From NCBI GenBank assembly GCA_964540635.1, contig CAZINP010000002.1, forward strand, positions 99,346 to 163,345: a stretch of 64,000 nt of DNA, read 5' to 3'. Source of the DNA: an uncultured Gammaproteobacteria bacterium (lineage in GTDB: Bacteria > Patescibacteriota > Patescibacteriia > Buchananbacterales > UBA6539). This document shows, piece by piece, positions 1-9,963 of this stretch (position 1 is its first letter; the number at the start of each line of letters is the position of its first letter). The position numbers and the translations under genes were made by a program. The notes beneath the pieces were generated by a model. The model made no database searches and was not told where the DNA came from. It was given only the letters and a program-made list of their open reading frames with translations.

Positions 1-458
1 TTGGAATTTTGGGTGCTCAAACCTTAAACCCGGACATGTCTTTACAGCCATCGATTAGACGTTTTCCTAAATTTTTGCCGATATTTTTGATATTTATTAA
101 AATTGCCAAATTTTTTCCAAATCTAAAATCTCTTAAAAATTATTTTGCCGTTGACTTTGATTATCAAAAACCTCAACCGGTCCAACAGGTTGCGGGCTCA
201 TATATGCTGGTCAGGAAAGAATTGATTGATGAGATTGGACTTTTTGACGAAAACTTTTTTATCTGGTTTGAGGAAGTAGATCTTTGCCGCCGAACATCTT
301 TGGCGGGCTGGGAGGTTTATTATGACCCGGAACCAAAATTAATTCACTATGGCGGCCAAAGCTTCAAACAGGAAATGACCATAAGGAAACAGAAACTTTT
401 TTTCCAAAGCGCTTGGTATTATTTTAGAAAACATGGATTTTTTAAACAAAAGAATTGA
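1..458 (+). CDS. Glycosyltransferase family 2 (WbbL-like), 5'-truncated by window edge
   Basis: GSYMLVR...IGLFDENFFIWFEEVDLCRR...H motif of GT2 rhamnosyltransferase-like enzymes; frame is open from the window start. Confidence 0.85.
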   Translation, partial: GILGAQTLNPDMSLQPSIRRFPKFLPIFLIFIKIAKFFPNLKSLKNYFAVDFDYQKPQPVQQVAGSYMLVRKELIDEIGLFDENFFIWFEEVDLCRRTSLAGWEVYYDPEPKLIHYGGQSFKQEMTIRKQKLFFQSAWYYFRKHGFFKQKN

Positions 459-488
459 ACCGATCGTTAAATAAAACAAAATTACTGC

Positions 489-1904
489 ATGAAATTCACA
501 AAAATCAATAAATTTATCCCAATCACAACCGCGTTGATTATCCTTTTGGAGATGAATTCTTTTATTGCTCATGTTTTTTTTCCAATAAAAATTCCCGCTT
601 GGCTAATTGTTGTTGGGCTGGTTTTTGTTTTAAGTTTATACAAAACCGAGTTTGGACTATATTTTATTTTGGCCGAACTTGCAATTGGCGGGAAAGGATA
701 TTTGCTTGATTTTTTCGGCGTTTCACTCCGAATGGGTTTATTTGCCGCTGTGATAATAGCCGGATTGATAAACATTGCTCGCCATAAAAATTGGCGCAAT
801 AATTTTTCCGAAAAAAAACTTTTACTTCTCCCGTTTTCTATTTTAGCGATTGCAATTGTCTTTGCGGGAGTAAACGGTCTAACTGGCAATAAATTTCAAA
901 ATGTTTATGCCGATGCCAATGCTTGGTTATTCTTTTTACTTCTACCCGTTTTTATCTTTTCCTCAAAATCCTCAAAATTTATTGAAAACTCACTAGCCAT
1001 AATTATTACCGCATCAACTTGGCTTTCCCTAAAAACTATATTTTTTCTTTTTTTATTTTCCGGTCAATATGCGATCATTGGCGATCCGATTTATTCCTGG
1101 ATTAGAAATAGCGGGGTAGGGGAAATTACCTATATTAACGGCAATAACTATCGTATATTTTTTTATTCTCAAATATACTGCCTGTTTTCCTCTTTTATAT
1201 TAAGTGCCATGATCCTCAAAAATAAAATTGAAAACAAAAAAGTGGAAATTATTTATTATTCAATTTTATTTTTTCAATTATTTGCCTTACTTATCAGCCA
1301 ATCACGCAGCTTTTGGCTGGCGGGATCTGGCACAATCTTTTTAATGATGTTTATCTTGTTATTTATAAATAAACAACTCATTTTTAAATCATTAAAAATA
1401 ATTTGTTTTATTGGGCTGGCAATTATTATTCAAATATTTTTGACGCAATTTATTACCGGCTCAATTTTTAACAACCGACTGAGCAATATGAACTCAGAAC
1501 CAGCTGGCATTAGCAGACTAAATCAACTTGCACCACTTACTCAAAATATTTTACAAAACCCGGTTTTTGGTTACGGCTTTGGGAAAACCCTGACCTATAC
1601 AAGTAAAGACCCTAGGATTTTAAAAATAAATCAAAGTGGCGAATATACCACTTACGCTTTTGAGTGGGGATATCTTGATATTTGGCTAAAAATGGGACTA
1701 GTGGGAATCTTGGGTTATCTTTTTGTATATTGGTTTATCGCCAAAAAACTGTTGAAGAAAAAAGAACAAATAAATTTCAATAACTTTGGATTACTTCTGG
1801 GTTTATTGTGTTTGGCAATGGTAAATGTTTTCACGCCCTATCTAAACCATCCGCTCGGCATAGGTTTTATCATCTTAAGCTTTAGCGCGATACAAAGAAA
1901 TTAA
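489..1904 (+). CDS. O-antigen ligase/polymerase (Wzy_C) family membrane protein
   Basis: Many TM segments, SQSRSFW motif, R...NPVFGYGFG loop, next to a glycosyltransferase. Confidence 0.75.
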   Translation: MKFTKINKFIPITTALIILLEMNSFIAHVFFPIKIPAWLIVVGLVFVLSLYKTEFGLYFILAELAIGGKGYLLDFFGVSLRMGLFAAVIIAGLINIARHKNWRNNFSEKKLLLLPFSILAIAIVFAGVNGLTGNKFQNVYADANAWLFFLLLPVFIFSSKSSKFIENSLAIIITASTWLSLKTIFFLFLFSGQYAIIGDPIYSWIRNSGVGEITYINGNNYRIFFYSQIYCLFSSFILSAMILKNKIENKKVEIIYYSILFFQLFALLISQSRSFWLAGSGTIFLMMFILLFINKQLIFKSLKIICFIGLAIIIQIFLTQFITGSIFNNRLSNMNSEPAGISRLNQLAPLTQNILQNPVFGYGFGKTLTYTSKDPRILKINQSGEYTTYAFEWGYLDIWLKMGLVGILGYLFVYWFIAKKLLKKKEQINFNNFGLLLGLLCLAMVNVFTPYLNHPLGIGFIILSFSAIQRN

Positions 1905-1908
1905 ATTT

Positions 1909-2526
1909 GTGATTCAAAAAAACGAAATAAAAAAAATAATATTTTCTGCCGGCGTAATTGCTTTACTATTTGTTATCTCGGCTTGGCTTTTCCAAATTTA
2001 TCAAACACAGATAGAAACAATCGTGGCCAGCAGGTCTGTTTTGGGAATATTTATTTATATCCTAATTTTTATTCTTTCTATTGTTTTTGTTCCAATCAGC
2101 TCGGTTCCCTTGATACCCTTTGGCGTAAAGATTTGGGGCATTTTATTGACAACAATCCTTTCTACAATCGGCTGGACGATAGGAGCAATGATTGCTTTTT
2201 ATTTAGCTAGAACTTTTGGTAGCCCCTATGTCACAAAACTTTTTGGTACAAAAAAAATTGAAAAAATTGAAAAATTAATTCCCGAAGAAAACATATTTTT
2301 AACTATCTTTTTCCTTAGGGCCGTTACTCCTTTTGACGGCTTAAGTTATATTCTGGGTTTAATGACTCGGATAAAAACCAAAACTTTTTTCTTTTCAACT
2401 TTATTGGGCCTTTTGCCATTCTGCTTCTTCGTAGCCGTCTTGGGCACTCTGCCGCCATTAATATTAAGCCTTGGTTTAATCTTAGCGGCGATTGTTTTTC
2501 TCATCGGTCTTTATCGCGTAAAATAA
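1909..2526 (+). CDS. TVP38/TMEM64 (DedA/VTT domain) membrane protein
   Basis: GWTIGAMIAFYLAR and FLRAVTPFDGLSYILG motifs typical of the DedA superfamily. Confidence 0.85.
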   Translation: MIQKNEIKKIIFSAGVIALLFVISAWLFQIYQTQIETIVASRSVLGIFIYILIFILSIVFVPISSVPLIPFGVKIWGILLTTILSTIGWTIGAMIAFYLARTFGSPYVTKLFGTKKIEKIEKLIPEENIFLTIFFLRAVTPFDGLSYILGLMTRIKTKTFFFSTLLGLLPFCFFVAVLGTLPPLILSLGLILAAIVFLIGLYRVK

Positions 2527-2538
2527 TAAAAATAAGGC

Positions 2539-2567
2539 TTGACAAAAGCCTCTTACCCTGATATTTT
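2539..2567 (+). promoter_or_regulatory. sigma70-type promoter for the 2619 ORF
   Basis: TTGACA-N17-TATTTT with TG just upstream of the -10. Confidence 0.55.
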
Positions 2568-2618
2568 GCCATAATCAGCCCAGACAACATTAACCCAAAA
2601 CCCACGAAGGATTCTGCG

Positions 2619-3092
2619 ATGAAGTATGTATTAGCTGGTTCTGTTCTTTTTTGTTTTGCCGTTACGGCGGTCTTTATTTTAGCGCCAACCGCGGAAAAAT
2701 CACCGGTCGTGCTTGCACCAAGCGAGCCTAATGATGAAGCGGTAAACGCCGCCTCAATCAAGATTTCCGGCTTTGAAAATCAAGCCAATGGCATTATTGA
2801 AATTTGGGGAGACGTTAAAAACGTAAACCCCGAAAAAGTAAAAATTGTGATTCTTGAGCGTTGCTCAAAAAATGACGCAATAAAAGAATCCATCATCTGC
2901 CAACCGAACAGTAACGGCAAATGGCAGGCTTTCGGCTTTATGATAAACACCGAGGAGCTGATATGCCTGATTATGCCATATTCGTATGAGAAAAAAATAA
3001 GGAGTCAAAGCCTTGACTCTTACCTGCAGACCTCTCTTGCCAATGTTGTCTACAACAAACGCAAGAAAAATTGCTATTTTGCCACGCCCTGA
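2619..3092 (+). CDS. Hypothetical membrane-anchored or secreted protein
   Basis: 157-aa ORF with N-terminal hydrophobic helix, own promoter, AAGGA upstream, terminator downstream. Confidence 0.65.
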   Translation: MKYVLAGSVLFCFAVTAVFILAPTAEKSPVVLAPSEPNDEAVNAASIKISGFENQANGIIEIWGDVKNVNPEKVKIVILERCSKNDAIKESIICQPNSNGKWQAFGFMINTEELICLIMPYSYEKKIRSQSLDSYLQTSLANVVYNKRKKNCYFATP

Positions 3093-3110
3093 CCTACTGG
3101 GCGTTTTTTT
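3084..3110 (+). terminator. Intrinsic terminator
   Basis: ACGCCC...GGGCGT stem followed by a T-run, between convergent genes. Confidence 0.7.
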
Positions 3111-3114
3111 ATTG

Positions 3115-3702
3115 TCATCTCTTTAAAAAACTTTTATTCAATATTTTCGCATCCTTCTCTAAAATTTTAGAGTATTTACTTTTTCGCCTTTGCCTTGTTG
3201 CCTCAAAAATCATAATTGCGGCCGTAACCGATAAGTTTAAACTCTGAACAAAGCCTCGCATTGGAATATATATTTTATAATCACTCATTGAAACCGCCCT
3301 GGCAGTTAAACCGGCGTGTTCGTTGCCAAAAAGCAAAGCAATTTTTTTATCGTTGGCAAAACCGGCCCTTGAAATATCTTTTGCTTTTTCATCTAAAACT
3401 GTCGCATATATTTTATAACCTTTTCTTTTTATTGCCCTCAGGCATTCGGTGCTTGATCGATAAATTTTAAAATCCAACCACTTATTGGCTGAAGCAGAAG
3501 CAACCTTGCCAATTTTTCTGGGATTAAAATATTTTTGATTTTCAAAAATAAAATAGACTTCTTGGATACCAAAAGCATCGCAGGTTCTTAAAACTGCCGC
3601 CGCATTATGCGGATCATAAATATCTTCAAGGACCAAGATAATTCCCGATTGCCGCTTAGAGGCAACTTCGTTTATTTTTTTAAGACGGGCGGGTGAAGTC
3701 AT
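3115..3702 (-). CDS. trmH: tRNA (guanosine-2'-O)-methyltransferase, SpoU/TrmH family
   Basis: DPHNAAAVLRTCDAFG, LFGNEHAG, IPMRGFVQSLNLSVTAA SPOUT motifs. Confidence 0.88.
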   Translation of the reverse strand: MTSPARLKKINEVASKRQSGIILVLEDIYDPHNAAAVLRTCDAFGIQEVYFIFENQKYFNPRKIGKVASASANKWLDFKIYRSSTECLRAIKRKGYKIYATVLDEKAKDISRAGFANDKKIALLFGNEHAGLTARAVSMSDYKIYIPMRGFVQSLNLSVTAAIMIFEATRQRRKSKYSKILEKDAKILNKSFLKR

Positions 3703-3709
3703 TAATTTT

Positions 3710-5203
3710 TTATTTTGAATTATTACAAATTAAATCAGCGGCAATAATCCCTGATTGGTATATCGTTGGCAAACCCGAACCGGGATGAGTGCCACCACCA
3801 ACCAAATATACATTATCGATCTCTTCAAATTTATTTTTGGGCCTAAACCAAAGCATTTGCCTTAAATTATGTCCCAAATTAAATACTGCCCCTTTGTAAA
3901 CATTAAAATCCCTCTCCCATTCGTCTGGGGTAATAAGCCTTTCGCTCTCAATGTTTTCAGATAGATCAGATATGTCAAATCTTTCTTGGATAATTTCAAT
4001 CGCCCTATTCCTAATTTTTATTTTTTCTTTATCCCAGTCGATTTTTGAACGATTATTTGGCACTGGCACCAAAACATAAAGCGCCGATTTGCCTGAAGGC
4101 GCAAGAGCAGGGTCATTTCTCGTCGCATCTCGCACATACAAAGAAAAATCACTTTCGGTCAATTTGCCGGAAAAAATATCTTTAACATTTTGCCGATAAT
4201 TTTTTGCAAAAATAATTGAATGGTGAGTCAGGTTATACTGTTTTTTTACACCCAGATAAATCATAAAAATTGAACAAGAATATTTTTTCTTTTTTAGATT
4301 TTTCTCTGACCATTTTTTAATTAAAGTCTTTGGAAACAAATTTGTAACAGCGTAAGAAAAATCCGCATTAATAACCACTTCATCTCCCAAAACTGTTTTT
4401 CCATCAGTTAGTTCAAGGCCAACCGCCTTCCTGTCTTTAGTTAAAATTTTTTTTACCTGGGTGTCATAATGTATTTTTCCGGAATCTTCCTGAAAGGCCT
4501 TGGCCATCGCCTCACAAATGGCTGAAAGACCGCCTTTTATATGATAAATACCCATCGCATGCTCAACATACGGCACCATTGCAAAAGCCGCCGGACACTC
4601 CCACGGCGACATGCCTAAATATTTAGATTGAAAAGTAAAAGATAGTCTTGCAAAATCCTTCTTAAAATACCCTCCCATTGCCTGATATAAAGTTTTCCCC
4701 AATGACATTCGCCAGAGTAATCTCAAACCATTATGGCTAAAAATGTCAAAAAAATTATCATTCGGTGAAGCAAGGAAGGGGAATAGGGCCTCAAAACGTT
4801 TTTTTTCTTTACGATAAAATTTTTCTAAACCTTTTTCGTCACCAGTAAAAACTCGCGCCAATTCATTTTTCATTTTTTCTTTATCAAAATAACTGTCTAT
4901 ATAATTATTTTCAAAATATAATCTATACATCGGATCTAAAAACTTCATTTCCACGCAATCATTTAGATTCCTTCCGGTTTCAGAAAAAATTTGTCTCAAG
5001 ACAAAGTCCATCATAAAAAAGGTCGGACCGATATCAAACTTGAATCCGTCAAACTCTAAAAAACCATTACGACCACCTGGAATTTTATTTTTTTCAAAAA
5101 TTTCCACTTCAAGACCACGGTGAGCAAGCAACATGCCAGCCGCTAACCCCCCAGGACCAGCGCCAACTATTAAAATTTTTTTTCTAGGAGGACAATTTTT
5201 CAT
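3710..5203 (-). CDS. crtI: Phytoene/dehydrosqualene desaturase (CrtI/CrtN family)
   Basis: GAGPGG FAD motif, FDIGPTFF, C-terminal LVGGGTHPGSGLPTIYQSG. Confidence 0.85.
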   Translation of the reverse strand: MKNCPPRKKILIVGAGPGGLAAGMLLAHRGLEVEIFEKNKIPGGRNGFLEFDGFKFDIGPTFFMMDFVLRQIFSETGRNLNDCVEMKFLDPMYRLYFENNYIDSYFDKEKMKNELARVFTGDEKGLEKFYRKEKKRFEALFPFLASPNDNFFDIFSHNGLRLLWRMSLGKTLYQAMGGYFKKDFARLSFTFQSKYLGMSPWECPAAFAMVPYVEHAMGIYHIKGGLSAICEAMAKAFQEDSGKIHYDTQVKKILTKDRKAVGLELTDGKTVLGDEVVINADFSYAVTNLFPKTLIKKWSEKNLKKKKYSCSIFMIYLGVKKQYNLTHHSIIFAKNYRQNVKDIFSGKLTESDFSLYVRDATRNDPALAPSGKSALYVLVPVPNNRSKIDWDKEKIKIRNRAIEIIQERFDISDLSENIESERLITPDEWERDFNVYKGAVFNLGHNLRQMLWFRPKNKFEEIDNVYLVGGGTHPGSGLPTIYQSGIIAADLICNNSK

Positions 5204-5528
5204 ATCTCGAAGAAATTAAATCGATTATTGGTCCATATATTATTCCGGCCACAAAACCAGGAACGTCTTTGAAATCAGTTGATGCCGCTAGAGAGAAACT
5301 AACCAAAAGCCCAAAGATTAACCCTCTCAAAATTGTATTTCCTTTAAATTTAATAAAATAAATATTGCCCGCCAAGCCAATTATTAATCCAAGGATTACG
5401 CGATTGAGCCAAACCCCAAGCAAAAAAAGTTTATTACCTTCAATTCCCAATCTAAACCCAACGCCAAGGATACAAATTAATCCCAGGCCAACCCCTAGTA
5501 ATAGGGAAATTTTTAGTCTTGTGTTCAT
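5184..5528 (-). CDS. Small hypothetical membrane protein (about 4 TM)
   Basis: 114-aa hydrophobic ORF between fmt and crtI, tightly coupled to both. Confidence 0.7.
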   Translation of the reverse strand: MNTRLKISLLLGVGLGLICILGVGFRLGIEGNKLFLLGVWLNRVILGLIIGLAGNIYFIKFKGNTILRGLIFGLLVSFSLAASTDFKDVPGFVAGIIYGPIIDLISSRYEKLSS

Positions 5529-5533
5529 AAATT

Positions 5534-6478
5534 TTATTTTAAAATTTTTCCGACAATTTTATTGCCTAAAATAAAATCTTTAGACAAAAGAGTTTTCTTG
5601 CCCTCAAGCTGCAGAGAATTCAGTAATATAATGCCGTTACCACAAGCTACGGCTAATTCGTGATTTTCCGTCAAAAAAACAGTTCCCGGGGCTAAATCTG
5701 GTGTTAAATCAGCCTCTAAAACGCTTAAATCTGCGATTTTAAGCCGCTTATTCTCAAGATGGGTAAAAACACCCGGCCATGGCGAAAAAGCCCTAAATTT
5801 TCGTTCAATTACATTAGCCCCATCTTTCCAATTAATCAAACCGTCTTCGCGGTTAATATTTTTCGTAAATGTTGCCTTTGTTTCATCCTGGACCTTGCCG
5901 ATTGATTTTCCGGCGACATAATCAGGCAAAATAGAAATGAGCAATTCTGCACCTTGCTTGGCTAGTTTGTCGTGTACGATCTCGGAATTATCATTTGAGC
6001 TTAAAACAATGGTGCTCTGACCAAAGATTGGTCCGGCATCCAATTTACTTGTCAATTTAATTATTGATACGCCCGTTTCTTTATCACCATTTAAAATAGC
6101 ATTTTGGATTGGGGAGGAACCGCGGTATTTTGGTAAAAGCGAAGGGTGTATATTTAAAATACCAAATTTTGGTTTTTCCAAAACCTCTTTTGATAAAATC
6201 TGCCCAAAAGCCGCCAAGACACCTACATCGCATTCAACATCATTAACAATGGCATTTAATTCTTTTTTGTTTTTCGGCTGAGCCAGCGCTAAATTGTTTT
6301 CAAGTGCAATTTTCTTTATCGGCGACTGAGACATTTTCTGGTTCCTGCCGGCCGGTTTATCCGGTTGAGTTATCACTAGTAGGGGACGATAGCCCGAATC
6401 AATCAATTTCAACAAAGCCGGAACAGAAAATTCCGGCGTACCAAAAAATATAATTTTTATGTCTTTTTCTTTCTTCAT
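5534..6478 (-). CDS. fmt: Methionyl-tRNA formyltransferase
   Basis: FFGTPEF, TQPDKPAGR, NIHPSLLPKYRGSSPIQ motifs; follows def. Confidence 0.97.
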   Translation of the reverse strand: MKKEKDIKIIFFGTPEFSVPALLKLIDSGYRPLLVITQPDKPAGRNQKMSQSPIKKIALENNLALAQPKNKKELNAIVNDVECDVGVLAAFGQILSKEVLEKPKFGILNIHPSLLPKYRGSSPIQNAILNGDKETGVSIIKLTSKLDAGPIFGQSTIVLSSNDNSEIVHDKLAKQGAELLISILPDYVAGKSIGKVQDETKATFTKNINREDGLINWKDGANVIERKFRAFSPWPGVFTHLENKRLKIADLSVLEADLTPDLAPGTVFLTENHELAVACGNGIILLNSLQLEGKKTLLSKDFILGNKIVGKILK

Positions 6479-6975
6479 TTTTTTTTCATTCCTTCTTCAA
6501 GAATATCTTTTCCCTCGGTAATTTTTTTGGCTTTATCTATAAATAATATGCCATCAAGATGATCAATTTCGTGCTGTAAAACACGAGCCAACATTCCTTG
6601 GGCGGAAAACTCAACTTTTTTACCGTCTTTATTTAGAGCAACCAACCTAACCTGATAATATCTTTTAACTAAGCCGAAAACCTTTGGTAAACTAAGACAC
6701 CCTTCTTCCATAATCTCTTTACGCCATGATTTTTTGAGTATTTTCGGATTAACCAAAACCATTGATCCATCCTGAGTATTGATAACAATTAAGCGCAAAT
6801 TATGTCCGACCTGGGGAGCAGCCAAACCGGCACCATCCTTCTCAATCATGGTTTTATTCATATCTAAAATTAGCTGCTGAATTTCTTTTTTCTGCAGCTC
6901 CTCAGCCCTTAATTCGCGCGACTTATTTCGCAAAATCGGGCAGGTAAAAACTTTTATATCTAATAATTTTGCCAT
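6475..6975 (-). CDS. def: Peptide deformylase
   Basis: GAGLAAPQVG, EGCLS, QHEIDHLDG motifs; start placed at ATG 6975. Confidence 0.97.
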   Translation of the reverse strand: MAKLLDIKVFTCPILRNKSRELRAEELQKKEIQQLILDMNKTMIEKDGAGLAAPQVGHNLRLIVINTQDGSMVLVNPKILKKSWRKEIMEEGCLSLPKVFGLVKRYYQVRLVALNKDGKKVEFSAQGMLARVLQHEIDHLDGILFIDKAKKITEGKDILEEGMKKK

Positions 6976-6993
6976 GAAAATATTATAACACAA

Positions 6994-7131
6994 TTAGATA
7001 AATTTTTCAATTTCAAGTATCTTTTTCTCTAATTTTCTATATGCATTCCAATCTTGATCCCAATAGGCCTGGAGCTGCTCCTTTAAATAAGATTTTAGCT
7101 GATCAATTGACTGGTCGTAATTTTTTTCCAT
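6994..7131 (-). CDS. Small hypothetical protein (45 aa), not in ORF track
   Basis: Manual translation MEKNYDQSIDQLKSYLKEQLQAYWDQDWNAYRKLEKKILEIEKFI; amphipathic, fills the intergenic gap. Confidence 0.55.
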   Translation of the reverse strand: MEKNYDQSIDQLKSYLKEQLQAYWDQDWNAYRKLEKKILEIEKFI

Positions 7132-7359
7132 ATTGTATTTTTATTTATTTTAGTTTTTAATAATTTATTTTTTGAAAAAAGAAAAAGCCGCAAAAATTTA
7201 TTTTTTGGAGCTTAGTGAAAAATACATTTTACCCGCTTTAAGAAATAGTGTCAAGGGTTTTTAGTGGATAACTTAAAAGATTTAATTTTAAAATATTAAT
7301 AATCAAAACATATTAAATCTGATTTTGATTTTATCAATAAAATAGGTTAAAATTAGATT

Positions 7360-7644
7360 ATGGAAAATATAAATAAAGGTTTTCAAAACTTTCAAGACAT
7401 TTTTTCGGCAAAAAAAACCGTAAAACCGCCGGCATACGCCTGGCAACAATTTGCTCTAGAAATAATTGATCAACTTAATGTGCCAAAAGAAAAAAGAAAT
7501 TCCGTTTTTTTGATTTGTAAAAAATACCAAAGACCCTACATTGAAAAATGCATTAATGAAACAAAAGAACTGTGTAAGGCGGGGGAGTGTTGGAAATATT
7601 TTTTTAAAGTGATTGAGTCGGAAAAGAAAAAAGTGACTAAATAA
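7360..7644 (+). CDS. Hypothetical small helical protein
   Basis: 94-aa ORF with TAAAAT 6 nt upstream and a terminator downstream. Confidence 0.7.
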   Translation: MENINKGFQNFQDIFSAKKTVKPPAYAWQQFALEIIDQLNVPKEKRNSVFLICKKYQRPYIEKCINETKELCKAGECWKYFFKVIESEKKKVTK

Positions 7645-7649
7645 TTTCA

Positions 7650-7689
7650 AATAATAAAAACACCCGAAGCTTCGGGTGTTTTTATTATT
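7650..7689. terminator. Bidirectional intrinsic terminator (40-bp perfect palindrome)
   Basis: AATAATAAAAACACCCGAAG/CTTCGGGTGTTTTTATTATT between convergent genes. Confidence 0.85.
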
Positions 7690-7696
7690 AAAAAAT

Positions 7697-8494
7697 TTAA
7701 CTTATTTTGAAATTACAGACCAAGTAACCGATTCCGAAAGGCCCTTCGTATGAAAGTATTTCCGGCTCAAAATCCAATGATTCAATCATGCCAAGCAAAA
7801 TCATTAAAGACCTCATACCACATTCGCCGGCGGCTTGGACTAATTTTTGATCTAAATTCATCAAACCATTAAAATCTTTGGCTTTGATTAAATCCTGAAC
7901 CTTCTTATCAAACTTCTTACCTTCAGGCGCATAACCGGCAGGTGAAGACTCAATCAAACGATGGGACAAATCTCCCGATGCGATTACGGCGAAACGTTTA
8001 TTTATTCTAGACAGTGTACGATGCAAAAATTGGCCAAAAACGAAATGACTTTGGTAATCAAGACCAGAATAGGTGATTGGAATGATCGGTAGATTTTTAA
8101 GATGAGGGGTTAAATAATACAGGGGAACGGCAAATCCATGATCGATTTCTTCTTGACTTGAAAGCACAAAAGGTACCGATTTACTCGCCTCATCGGAAGC
8201 TCTGATTTGCTGAATGGTCATAAAGTCGCTTTTAAATTTTTGCTCCAGACTGTACTCACCAAAATCCTTAAAATTTATCAAATAATCGCTATTCAAATTA
8301 ATGTTAAACGAATCATGAATTATATTTCCGTGAGGAGAAATTAAAATCAAGCTATCCGGCTTAGCTGCGTAAAGCTCTTGCTCAAGCTTTTCGTAAGCTT
8401 GCTTTGTTTTTTTAAGTTTATCCAAGTTTTCTTTTCCAATCTCCGGGATTAAGACCGGAGGGTGTGGAACAAATGAAGAAAAAACAATCGGCAT
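7697..8494 (-). CDS. LigB/MEMO1-like (AmmeMemoRadiSam protein B-like) class III dioxygenase-fold protein
   Basis: VPHPP, ISPH, DHG, ASGDLSH, ECG, SYEGPFGIGY motifs; start placed at ATG 8494. Confidence 0.85.
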   Translation of the reverse strand: MPIVFSSFVPHPPVLIPEIGKENLDKLKKTKQAYEKLEQELYAAKPDSLILISPHGNIIHDSFNINLNSDYLINFKDFGEYSLEQKFKSDFMTIQQIRASDEASKSVPFVLSSQEEIDHGFAVPLYYLTPHLKNLPIIPITYSGLDYQSHFVFGQFLHRTLSRINKRFAVIASGDLSHRLIESSPAGYAPEGKKFDKKVQDLIKAKDFNGLMNLDQKLVQAAGECGMRSLMILLGMIESLDFEPEILSYEGPFGIGYLVCNFKIS

Positions 8495-8498
8495 ATAT

Positions 8499-9839
8499 TT
8501 ATTTAATACTTTCACCCAAAGGGATTGATTGAATTGTCGCCTCATCCACGACAATTATATTATCCCACAAATAACCAAGTTTGACAAATGATTGCGCGGA
8601 TAAAAAAGCACGACGATAGCCATTCGAAACTACATAAACAGCACTGCCGCTTTTTGATTTAATCAATTCGCCGTCTCGCAATTTAATTGGATCACCAGTC
8701 TCAAAAATATTTAAATCACCTGAAGCCACCCTAATGATTGATTTTCCCTTAAAATTAATCTCCAAAACGTCTTTGCTTGCCACTAAATGCTTGACCCCAT
8801 TCTGAACATAATAAATTTTATTGTCATCTCTGTTTTGTAAAATTGCGCCGGTAGGATAAACACTATTTTCCGTCAAGGGTTGGCCGTATTTATAACCAAC
8901 CAAATCTGAGGGATTAACATCCTGAACCTCCTCCCAATTAAAGCCAATCAGCCGAAAGGCTTCGGGGGTGGCAATATGCCTGAGCTCATCATCAACCAAA
9001 AGATATATTTCGCCGCTCGGAATGTGCAAAAGCGAGTAGTTGAAGAATTTTATCATTGGTCCAAGGGTATACTTTTCTAAATCGGTTTTTGAAATCGGGA
9101 TAATTTTTTTTGGATCAAACCGAGAGAGTAAAACGCCCCATGAATATATCGGGCGACGCTGACCATATTGAATTAACCAAACAGAACTTTCGTTGCGCAA
9201 TTTAACCAATGAGCCGTCTGGATAATTTAAACCCCAATATTTTTGCCAAAGATTTGAAAAACTTAAATTACCAAAATAGTGGGGGGTATAATTATATAAA
9301 TTGGCCGTAGCCTGATTCTCAATCGTAATGGCATAAAGGCTATCCAATAAATAAGACTGCCCGACTTTATAAGACCAGCTGCTGGGGGTTTTATAATACT
9401 GATCAAATTGCCAAGCCGCACCGTCTACCTGCTTGCCAAAACCAAGCGACTTCGGATTACATAAAGCGTTATCAAAGCAGCGATAGCCCATAGCTCTATC
9501 CAATTGGGTTTGAGTTGCAAAAATATTTTCTATTAAACTCTGCTCTTTTTGCAATGTGGTTAATATTACCTTGGGGCTGATTTTACTTTCCTGACATGCT
9601 TGCCAGATTATCTCGGAAGCCCTTTTATTTACGCCCAAGTAGTCCGGAAATGACATTTGCGCCAAAGGACTTTTATAATCCTGCAAAAAATCTTGAATTT
9701 CATCCAACGACAAAGAATCGTAATCTCTAAAATCTTCATCGCTAATTATAAAATTCGGATTAAAGTAATTGTCCTGCGCCAAAACGACAAGGGGAAAAAC
9801 CAATCCAATTAAAACCAAGGGTAAAAAAATTTTTTTCAT
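8499..9839 (-). CDS. Secreted protein: lysozyme-like/glucosaminidase-like N-domain plus about 4 C-terminal surface repeats
   Basis: Signal peptide; LQKEQSL...ATANLYNYTPH; repeats of the type DGSLVK..VWLIQYGQRRPI / DGELIK..VYVVSNGYRRAF. Confidence 0.65.
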   Translation of the reverse strand: MKKIFLPLVLIGLVFPLVVLAQDNYFNPNFIISDEDFRDYDSLSLDEIQDFLQDYKSPLAQMSFPDYLGVNKRASEIIWQACQESKISPKVILTTLQKEQSLIENIFATQTQLDRAMGYRCFDNALCNPKSLGFGKQVDGAAWQFDQYYKTPSSWSYKVGQSYLLDSLYAITIENQATANLYNYTPHYFGNLSFSNLWQKYWGLNYPDGSLVKLRNESSVWLIQYGQRRPIYSWGVLLSRFDPKKIIPISKTDLEKYTLGPMIKFFNYSLLHIPSGEIYLLVDDELRHIATPEAFRLIGFNWEEVQDVNPSDLVGYKYGQPLTENSVYPTGAILQNRDDNKIYYVQNGVKHLVASKDVLEINFKGKSIIRVASGDLNIFETGDPIKLRDGELIKSKSGSAVYVVSNGYRRAFLSAQSFVKLGYLWDNIIVVDEATIQSIPLGESIK

Positions 9840-9963
9840 GTATTAGCAAGGGTTAGATTTGTAAACCAATGGATAAATTATAGCATATTTTTACCTTCAA
9901 TTGAAATTGTTTTTATTATCTCTATCCCTAGCACATTTTTATATAATTTGGTAAAATTATTAA

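Noticed and set aside
7650-7689. 40-bp perfect palindrome as a mobile element or recombination site
   Set aside because: It is fully explained as a bidirectional terminator between convergent genes.
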